A stretch of 64,000 nucleotides of DNA from the NCBI GenBank assembly GCA_965243025.1, contig CBDETY010000003.1, positions 5,824,001-5,888,000 of the forward strand, written 5' to 3'. The translations under genes were made by a program, and so were the position numbers. The notes under the pieces were generated by a model. It did no database searches. It saw only the letters and a program-made list of their open reading frames with translations, and was not told where the DNA came from. This stretch comes from Candidatus Latescibacterota bacterium. GTDB lineage: Bacteria; Latescibacterota; UBA2968; UBA8231. Shown one piece after another: positions 57,251-64,000 of the stretch; the first letter of the stretch is position 1; the number at the start of each line of letters is the position of its first letter.

Positions 57251-58933
57251 CTACCTTGTGAGGGTGACGAAGAGAAGCACGATGGTGGACACCTCGCCGA
57301 TGACCGCCATCGACTGCGTGAAGATCGTCCAGTAGTCGCGCTCCGGTTTCTCCTTGATCCAGATGCGGTCTCCGGGGTCGATCACCCTCACGTCCTTGGC
57401 CAGCTTGCTCTGGCCGGTGCGCGCCTTGATGACGCGCACGTCGTCCGAAGCCCGCCAGCCGTACCCCCCGGCGGCCTCGATGTAGTCCCAGACGGAATAG
57501 TCGGGATTGTAGACGATGGCGCCCGGACTCGTCGCCGCCCCGCTGACCATGACCGTCTGCTGCAGGCGCGGAACGATGATCGCGTCTCCCGGCAGCAGCT
57601 CGATATCCTGGGATTCGTCCCCGGCCTCGAGGGCGACGAAATCGACGACCATCTGGCCCGGTTTCTCCCGGCTCTTCATGATGAAGTACTGATTCTCGTC
57701 CTCGGTCCTGTCCGCCGGGGGGATCCAGCGGATGCGCTCGAATTCGGGATCCTCGGCGACCTGCTCCCGCAGCCTGACCACTCTCGCTTCGGAGAGAGCG
57801 GCCTCGCGGGTGAAGCCGCCGGCTAGGCGGATCACCCCGCTCAGGGAGGTTCCGTTTTCCTCGACGACGTGGAAACCCGGAAGCTTCACCTCCCCGACGA
57901 TCTGGACCGTGCTGCGGCCGTGATATCCGGTCAGTTTGCGAAGAACGATCCAGTCCTCGGGCTCCAGGGGCAGGTCGGCCTCTTCCCGTCCCTGCAGAAT
58001 CGCCTCTACATCGATCTTGCGGGTGTACTGGGTCTTGCCGTCCTCGCGGTAGCGGAAGAGAAGGGCGTTGTCGGGATCGTAGGAGGCAGCTGGCCCGTGG
58101 GCGAGGGTGAGGAGGTCGCTGATGCGGTCCCCTTCGACGAACTCGAAGACATGGGGCCGATGAACCGCCTCGTGGGCGACGACCTGGCCCCTCCGCGCCG
58201 GCACCAGGACGATGTCGCCGTCTTCGATGAACGGGTTGTACCGGGACAGCCCGGTCGCTTCGTACAGTCCCAGGTCGACGCGGCGGGACTGCAGCGTGTC
58301 GAGGGCGCTGGTATCTCCCTGCCGGGCGCGCGAGCCCAACTCCATGGCCGCGGCCGCGTCGAGCCCGGTCTTGAGGAGGAGGATGTTCCGGCTCGAGGCG
58401 AAAGGAGCCAGACCTCCCGCCTTGCGGATCAACTCGCCGACCCGCTCCACCCCGCTGGTCTGGCGGATTCCCGGCTCTTCCACCATGCCGACGACGGAAA
58501 CCGGGAACTGCCGGAGATCGCTGAGCTCGACGTGGATGTTGCCGACCCTCACCGTCTGTCGGAAGGCGTCGGCAATCGCCTTGTGCGCATCCCGCAGCCG
58601 CAGTCCGCCGACCTGAACCGGTCCGACCTTCGGGACGAACAGACCGCCCTCCGAAAGTACCGGGGCAATGTACGGTTCTTCCATATAGGTGGCGAAGATC
58701 AGGAACTTGTCACCGGGCCCCACCAGGTAGTTGCCGCTCGCCAGCACCTCGTGGAAAGCCTCCATGCCGATAAGGGCGGGCTGCGCTTCAGTGGGTTTCT
58801 CTTCCGGCTCGACGACGACGATCTGGGGTTCGTCCTCCTCCTCCTGAGCAGCGGCGAAAGCAGTCAGGGCCAGCAGCCAAGCCCCGGCGGCGAACAGGGA
58901 ACCGGGCCGTTTCATGGCGGGGTCCCCGGCCAT
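57251..58933 (-). CDS. Polysaccharide export protein with multiple SLBB domains (Wza/KpsD-like)
   Basis: Signal peptide; YLVGPGD; repeated V.GEV..PG, AGG.T..A, L.PGD.I.VP; C-terminal hydrophobic helix. Confidence 0.85.
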   Translation of the reverse strand: MAGDPAMKRPGSLFAAGAWLLALTAFAAAQEEEDEPQIVVVEPEEKPTEAQPALIGMEAFHEVLASGNYLVGPGDKFLIFATYMEEPYIAPVLSEGGLFVPKVGPVQVGGLRLRDAHKAIADAFRQTVRVGNIHVELSDLRQFPVSVVGMVEEPGIRQTSGVERVGELIRKAGGLAPFASSRNILLLKTGLDAAAAMELGSRARQGDTSALDTLQSRRVDLGLYEATGLSRYNPFIEDGDIVLVPARRGQVVAHEAVHRPHVFEFVEGDRISDLLTLAHGPAASYDPDNALLFRYREDGKTQYTRKIDVEAILQGREEADLPLEPEDWIVLRKLTGYHGRSTVQIVGEVKLPGFHVVEENGTSLSGVIRLAGGFTREAALSEARVVRLREQVAEDPEFERIRWIPPADRTEDENQYFIMKSREKPGQMVVDFVALEAGDESQDIELLPGDAIIVPRLQQTVMVSGAATSPGAIVYNPDYSVWDYIEAAGGYGWRASDDVRVIKARTGQSKLAKDVRVIDPGDRIWIKEKPERDYWTIFTQSMAVIGEVSTIVLLFVTLTR

Positions 58934-59094
58934 GACGGCGACCTCCTGCAGGCGGTGATTTTCATGTTGCCGTCTTCTCCTTTTTGGGCGTAAAGCCGGA
59001 ATCCGTCGGCGGCGTAGCTGCCGAACACCCCCACTCCTCCGTCGACGTGGAAGATCGGGCCGCTGTCGCTGTCGGCGCCGGAGACCCCGTTCAA
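58912..59094 (-). pseudogene. Possible C-terminal remnant of a DUF4249-type lipoprotein gene
   Basis: Coding-like peptide GADSDSGPIFHVDGGVGVFGSYAAD between dut and the SLBB gene, with no signal peptide or N-terminal portion. Confidence 0.4.
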
Positions 59095-59138
59095 GCTGTG
59101 AAGGGGGCGGGAAGCGGACCCTGGAACCGGTTCAAGGA

Positions 59139-59585
59139 TCAGCGCTCCCCGGTCGACCCGAAGCCGCCGCCGCCGCGGCTCGAAGCGCCCAGTTGCCCGG
59201 TCTCGGTCAGTTCCGCCCGGGTCACCGGCGCGAACACGATCTGCGCGATCCGGTCTCCCGGCTCGACGACCTGCTCCTCGCCCGAATGGTTGATCAGGAT
59301 CACCCCTACCTCGCCGCGGTAGTCGGCGTCGATCGTTCCGGGGGCGTTGAGCACCGACAGCCCGCGTTGGAGGGCGAGGCCGCTGCGCGGCCGCACCTGT
59401 CCTTCGAAGCCGGCGGGGATTTCCAGGCGCAGGCCGGTCGGAACGAGGGCGCGCTCTCCCGGGGCGAGGCGGAGCGGCTCGCCGAGGTCGGCGCGCAGAT
59501 CCATGCCGGCGCTGCCGGCGGTTTCGTATTCCGGCAGGGGGTTGTCGGTCCGGCGCTGGACCCGGACTGAAAGCGGGGGGCTCAC
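59139..59585 (-). CDS. dut: dUTP diphosphatase
   Basis: [45 protein letters not shown]; start approximate. Confidence 0.96.
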   Translation of the reverse strand: MSPPLSVRVQRRTDNPLPEYETAGSAGMDLRADLGEPLRLAPGERALVPTGLRLEIPAGFEGQVRPRSGLALQRGLSVLNAPGTIDADYRGEVGVILINHSGEEQVVEPGDRIAQIVFAPVTRAELTETGQLGASSRGGGGFGSTGER

Positions 59586-59720
59586 GGGGCTGGGCGGTGC
59601 GGCGTTTCCGGGGCCCTTCTCTTTTCGGAGAAGGTGCCGCATTCAGGCTGCAGACCGCGGCGCGGACTGCCCGTACCGGCGCCATGGCGATCGACGTCGG
59701 CCATGCCGGGCGGGGGCGTT

Positions 59721-60725
59721 TCAACGGTGCGCATACTGCTTCTCGTAGTAGGCCCGGTACTCTTCTCCGGACTTGATCCGGCGCCACCATACCTCGTTGC
59801 GGACGTACCAGTCGACGGTATCGCTCATCGAGGCGGCCAGATCGCGCCGGGGCTTCCAGCCAAGTGCGGCGATCCTGGAGGAGTCGAGGGCGTAGCGGCG
59901 GTCGTGGCCGCTGCGGTCCCTGACGAACTCGATCAGCGATACCGGCTTTCCGAGCTGCCCGAGTACCGTGCGCGCGACCTCGAGGCCGTTCGACTCGTTC
60001 TCCCCCCCGACGTTGTAGACCTCCCCCACCTGTCCCTGGCGCAGCACGAGGTCGATCGCTTCGCAGTGGTCCTCGACATGGAGGTGATCGCGCACCTGTC
60101 TGCCGTCGCCGTAGACCGGCAGCGGCCGGTCGTCGATGGCGTTGGTGATGTAGAGGGGAACCCGCTTCTCCGGGTACTGGTAGGGGCCGATGTTGTTGGA
60201 CGCCCGGGTGATCACCGCGGGCAGGCCGTGGTTCAGGTGGTAGGCCCGCACCAGGATGTCGGCGCACGCTTTGCTCGCCGAGTAGGGATTGCGCGGGTCG
60301 ACGGGGGACTCCTCGGTCCAGGCCCCCTCCTCGACGCTGCCGTAGACCTCGTCGGTGCTGACCTGGTGAAAGCGCTCGACCCCGTAACGCCTGGCCGCCT
60401 CCAGCAGCACCGCCGTCCCGTACACGTTGGTGCGCACGAACTCGGCCCCGCCGAGCAGGGAGCGGTCGACGTGGCTCTCGGCGGCGAAGTGGACGACGGC
60501 GTCCGCCTCTTCCACGAGGGGATCGACGGCCTGCGGGTCGCAGACGTCTCCACGCACGAACCGGTAGCGCCGATCCCCCTCGAGATCGGCGAGGTTCTCG
60601 AGGTTACCGGCGTAGGTCAGCTTGTCGAGGTTGGTGACGTTGCAGCCGGGGTACCGGGCCAGCAGGTAGCGCACGAAATTGCTGCCGATGAAACCGCACC
60701 CCCCGGTGACGAGAATCCTCTTCAT
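59721..60725 (-). CDS. rfbB: dTDP-glucose 4,6-dehydratase
   Basis: TGGCGFIGSNF, DKLTYAGN, FAAESHVDRS, STDEVYG, YSASKA, DR.GHD.RY. Confidence 0.95.
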   Translation of the reverse strand: MKRILVTGGCGFIGSNFVRYLLARYPGCNVTNLDKLTYAGNLENLADLEGDRRYRFVRGDVCDPQAVDPLVEEADAVVHFAAESHVDRSLLGGAEFVRTNVYGTAVLLEAARRYGVERFHQVSTDEVYGSVEEGAWTEESPVDPRNPYSASKACADILVRAYHLNHGLPAVITRASNNIGPYQYPEKRVPLYITNAIDDRPLPVYGDGRQVRDHLHVEDHCEAIDLVLRQGQVGEVYNVGGENESNGLEVARTVLGQLGKPVSLIEFVRDRSGHDRRYALDSSRIAALGWKPRRDLAASMSDTVDWYVRNEVWWRRIKSGEEYRAYYEKQYAHR

Positions 60726-60732
60726 CTTCCGA

Positions 60733-62106
60733 TCAGGTCCGCAGCGGCACCGAATGCACAGGAGAGCTCAGGTCCGGCTCGTCCCCCGCTTCCCCGGGGG
60801 CCAGGGCCCGGCGCCCGACGCTGACGTACTCGAAGCCGAGCTCCCCCATGCGCCGCGGCTCGTAGACGTTGCGGCAGTCGAGGAACTTCGCCGTGCGCAG
60901 GGCCTCCCGCAGGCGCGGCAGGTCCATGTTGCGGAACTCGTTCCACTCGGTCAGCAGGACGGCGGCGTCGCAGCCCTCGGCAGCGGCATAGGGGTCCTCG
61001 AAACAGAGGACCTCGGGGAACCGGGCCTGCGCGCGTTCGTTGGCGGCCGGGTCGCAGGCGCGCACCGCGGCCCCCCCGGCCAGCAGCGCCCCGATCATGT
61101 CGAGGGAGGGTGCTTCGCGGATGTCGTCGGTGTCCGGCTTGAACGAAAGCCCGAGGAGACAGACCGACTTTCCCCCGAACGGGCCGATGAGATCGCCCAG
61201 CTTGGAGATCATGCGCCGCCGCTGCAGGGCGTTGCTGCCGTCGATGGCATCTATGAGGGGAGCCTCGACCCCGGCCTTGCGGGCGGTGGCGGCCAGCCCG
61301 GTGACGTCCTTGGGGAAACAGCTGCCGCCGTACCCGGCGCCGGCGTTCAGGTAGCGGTGCCCGATGCGACCGTCGTACCCCATCCCCCTTGCCACCGAGG
61401 AGACGTCGGCGCCGTAGGCCTCGCAGATGTTGGCGATTTCGTTGATGAAGGAGACCCTGGCGGCGAGCAGCGCGTTCGAAGCGTACTTGATAATCTCGGC
61501 CGACTCGACGTCGGTGAGCACCATCGGGACGTCCCGCTCGTACAGCGGGTTGTAGACGTCGAGGATCGCCTCCATGGCGCGGCGGCTCGTCGCCCCGATG
61601 ACCAGCCGGTCCGGGTGCAGGAAGTCGTCGATCGCAGAACCCTCGCGCAGGAATTCGGGGTTGGAGACGACGTCGAAGTCCTGGTCCGGCCGCACCCTGC
61701 GGATCACCTCGCCGACGTCGACTCCCGTGCCGACGGGGACCGTCGACTTGTTGACGACGATCTTGTAGTCCTCCATGAAGGTGCCGATGGTCTCGGCGGC
61801 CGCGGTGACGTAGGAGATGTCGACGTCACCGGTGGGGAGCGGCGGGGTGCCGACGCAGATGAAGATGATCTCCGATGTCTTGATCGCGAAGGCGACCTCG
61901 GTCGAGAAGGTCAGGCGGCCGCGGCTGACGTTGCGGGCGGCCAGCTCGTCGAGTCCCGGTTCGTATATGGGGGTTTCTCCGGCCTTGAGCCGGGAGATCC
62001 GCTCGTCGTCGATGTCGACGCAGACCACGGCGTGGCCGAAGTCGGCGAGACAGGAGCCGGTGACCAGGCCGACGTAGCCCGTCCCCATTACGCAGACGCG
62101 TCTCAA
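60733..62106 (-). CDS. ugd: UDP-glucose 6-dehydrogenase
   Basis: GTGYVGL, CVGTP, KSTVPVGT, SNPEFLREG, GYGGSCFPKD, FKPDTDDIRE. Confidence 0.93.
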   Translation of the reverse strand: MRRVCVMGTGYVGLVTGSCLADFGHAVVCVDIDDERISRLKAGETPIYEPGLDELAARNVSRGRLTFSTEVAFAIKTSEIIFICVGTPPLPTGDVDISYVTAAAETIGTFMEDYKIVVNKSTVPVGTGVDVGEVIRRVRPDQDFDVVSNPEFLREGSAIDDFLHPDRLVIGATSRRAMEAILDVYNPLYERDVPMVLTDVESAEIIKYASNALLAARVSFINEIANICEAYGADVSSVARGMGYDGRIGHRYLNAGAGYGGSCFPKDVTGLAATARKAGVEAPLIDAIDGSNALQRRRMISKLGDLIGPFGGKSVCLLGLSFKPDTDDIREAPSLDMIGALLAGGAAVRACDPAANERAQARFPEVLCFEDPYAAAEGCDAAVLLTEWNEFRNMDLPRLREALRTAKFLDCRNVYEPRRMGELGFEYVSVGRRALAPGEAGDEPDLSSPVHSVPLRT

Positions 62107-62244
62107 TGATCTCTGCTCCGGTTTTTCTTTGAGGACAGGTGGTATCTGGCGGGACGGCTGCGGCGAAGAGCCCCCGGTCGGCCCTTCGAGCACGAAGCGG
62201 AAAACAAGCATCTATTTGTTAAAGAAAGAGTTAGCAGAGCGTTT

Positions 62245-62273
62245 ACCTTAGGGGTCGCGACAGGGGATGTCAA
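62245..62273 (-). promoter_or_regulatory. Putative sigma70 promoter for ugd-rfbB-dut
   Basis: Minus strand TTGACA-17 nt-TAAGGT followed by an AT-rich tract. Confidence 0.6.
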
Positions 62274-62385
62274 ACGGCAGCGGTCAGTTCCACCAGCGCT
62301 GAAAAAGCGCCCGGTCCGTCGCCGCCGGGGCCGCCCGGCGGCGGGACGAACGGAGTGTTCCGCCCCGCGGCTTTCAGGCTCCACG

Positions 62386-63999
62386 TCAATCGTCGTCCTC
62401 GCGTTCCGACAGCAGATCGCCCCGCTGCAGGCGCTCGGCGTTTTCCGTCGACCAGAGGATCCCCTTCATCAGCTTCTGCGCGGTGATGTAGCGGGTGGCC
62501 GCCAGCATGTGCATCCGCTTTTCCTCTTCGTCGCCGCTCAGGTCGAAGTGGCGGAAGGCGGCCTCCAGGACCTGGAACATGTGCAGCTCGGCGTCCTCGC
62601 GCAGCAGGATGTGGGCGAGGGTATGGCGCAGCCGGGTCAGGTCGTGCCCCTCCTCCAGGTACTGGTTCACAAGCACCTCGGCCTCGAAGACCTTCTGGAA
62701 GTCGGCGAACTCCTGCAGCCGCTCGAGCATCGCTTCGGGGCCGGCGAAGGATTCGTCGAGGCGCTGACCGGGGCGCGGCAGGCGGGCGGCGGGCATGTTG
62801 AGCCAGCGCAGGTAGGTCAGGAAGACGGCGCCGTGGAAGATGCCGCGCAGCAGCTCCTTTCCGGGGGCGAGGTGGAAGGCGCGGTAGAGGCCGTGGGCAT
62901 AGGAGTAGATGTTGGCGACGTCGTGCCAGTCCCCCTCGTTCTTGAGGTGGAAGCGGGCGACGCGGATGGCGCCGGCGCAGGTCATGGCGCGGCACAGGTC
63001 GCGCGGGTCGACCCCGGCGCGCAGGCGGGCCTCGATTTCGACGAGGATCGGCTCGAAGTCGTCGCCGAGCATGACCCGGGCGAAGGCGGATATGTCGAGG
63101 GCCGCCTGGTTCTCCTGGTTTTCCCTCCAGATGTCGTCGAGGCGGGTGAAGATCTCCTCGAGAACCGGGACGCTGTCCGACCAGCGCGAGGTCTCTTCGT
63201 GCCGGGTGCGGCCTGCCAGGTCGACGACGATGGGGCGCAGGATTTCGTGGGCTCCCTCCCATTCGACGCAATCGAGGGCCTCGAACATCTTGTTGGCGAA
63301 GTCGAGGGCGTGGCCGTCCCCGGTGAAGTAGAAATCGGTGGCGGTCGTGAAGACGAGGTCGGCCAGCGTCCCTGCCGGGTAGCCCCTGTCGTGCAGGGTG
63401 AGGAGGATGCGCTCGGCCGGCCCGCGGTCGCGCTGTTCGATGTAGCGGCGGAACCAGCGGCGCATGGTCTCGAGGTCGGGGTCGCTGCCGGCGCGCGGAA
63501 AGGGGAAGCGCTGCCGCCGCGAGCTGCCCGAGGTGCGGTTGGCGATCTGGCTGAGGCCGTGGACGAGAAAGAGGTTGCGGTCGCCGGGGTCGATATCCTC
63601 CCACAGGTTTGCCGCCAGGGTGAGTATGGTCACACCGGAGGACCAGCCCTCGCTGGTCTTGTGGGCCCCGTAGTAGAGGCCCTGCTGTATGATCTCGCGC
63701 GGACCGGCCCCGGCCTGGCGCAGGGCGGTTACCGCCTTGGCGATGAGGAAGGAGCTGCGGTCCTTGAGGCCCTGCTCCAGGGCCCTCTTGCCCCTCTCGA
63801 TGAGTCGCCGGGCGGCGGCCTCGCGCTCGTCGGCGGAAAGGCCGACGTACAGGCACCCGTCCCGCTCCTCGACAGGGAAAGTCTTCAGGTCGTCCCCCGA
63901 GGTGAGGAAGCAGCCGCCGGTGTTGAGGTCGAACTCCCAGTGGTGCCAGTGGCAGATGAGGACGCCGTCGCGGATGCTGCCCTTGGACATGGGGTAGCC
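62386..63999 (-). CDS. Rieske [2Fe-2S] domain fused to a large helical domain (5' end beyond window)
   Basis: GYPMSKG.I.DG...CHWHHW.FDL.TG (second Rieske half-motif), then about 470 aa of helical region with GHALDFANK and DAELHMFQ motifs. Confidence 0.8.
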   Translation of the reverse strand, partial: GYPMSKGSIRDGVLICHWHHWEFDLNTGGCFLTSGDDLKTFPVEERDGCLYVGLSADEREAAARRLIERGKRALEQGLKDRSSFLIAKAVTALRQAGAGPREIIQQGLYYGAHKTSEGWSSGVTILTLAANLWEDIDPGDRNLFLVHGLSQIANRTSGSSRRQRFPFPRAGSDPDLETMRRWFRRYIEQRDRGPAERILLTLHDRGYPAGTLADLVFTTATDFYFTGDGHALDFANKMFEALDCVEWEGAHEILRPIVVDLAGRTRHEETSRWSDSVPVLEEIFTRLDDIWRENQENQAALDISAFARVMLGDDFEPILVEIEARLRAGVDPRDLCRAMTCAGAIRVARFHLKNEGDWHDVANIYSYAHGLYRAFHLAPGKELLRGIFHGAVFLTYLRWLNMPAARLPRPGQRLDESFAGPEAMLERLQEFADFQKVFEAEVLVNQYLEEGHDLTRLRHTLAHILLREDAELHMFQVLEAAFRHFDLSGDEEEKRMHMLAATRYITAQKLMKGILWSTENAERLQRGDLLSEREDDD

Positions 64000-64000
64000 C

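Overview
High-GC (roughly two-thirds G+C by eye), gene-dense bacterial chromosomal segment with about 49 protein-coding genes. I found no rRNA, tRNA, CRISPR array, transposase, integrase or phage genes. The gene repertoire (PorX-type response regulator next to tsaE, FadL/PorV-like barrel, DUF2279, DUF4159, the yggS-yggT-ileS(type 2)-dksA-lspA-rluD operon, fused secDF) suggests an FCB-group diderm, plausibly Latescibacterota-like (inference). Housekeeping and envelope genes include ileS, dnaE, map, dut, secDF, lspA, apbE, a polyprenyl synthase, wecB, UDP-glucuronate decarboxylase, rfbB, ugd and an SLBB/Wza-like exporter. There is also an RND efflux triad, glcDE, and a xanthine-dehydrogenase-family molybdoenzyme cluster with MoaD. 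The three strongest candidates for uncharacterised biology are: (1) a three-gene outer-membrane module of a TPR lipoprotein, a gluzincin-peptidase/beta-propeller/Omp85-barrel fusion and a second lipoprotein; (2) a histidine kinase with an exact 64-aa triplicated periplasmic module, coupled to a PorX-like receiver-PglZ phosphodiesterase; and (3) a GT2 resembling the eukaryotic queuosine-tRNA galactosyltransferase QTGAL/B3GNTL1 over its full length. All family assignments come from motif recognition by eye, not from database searches.
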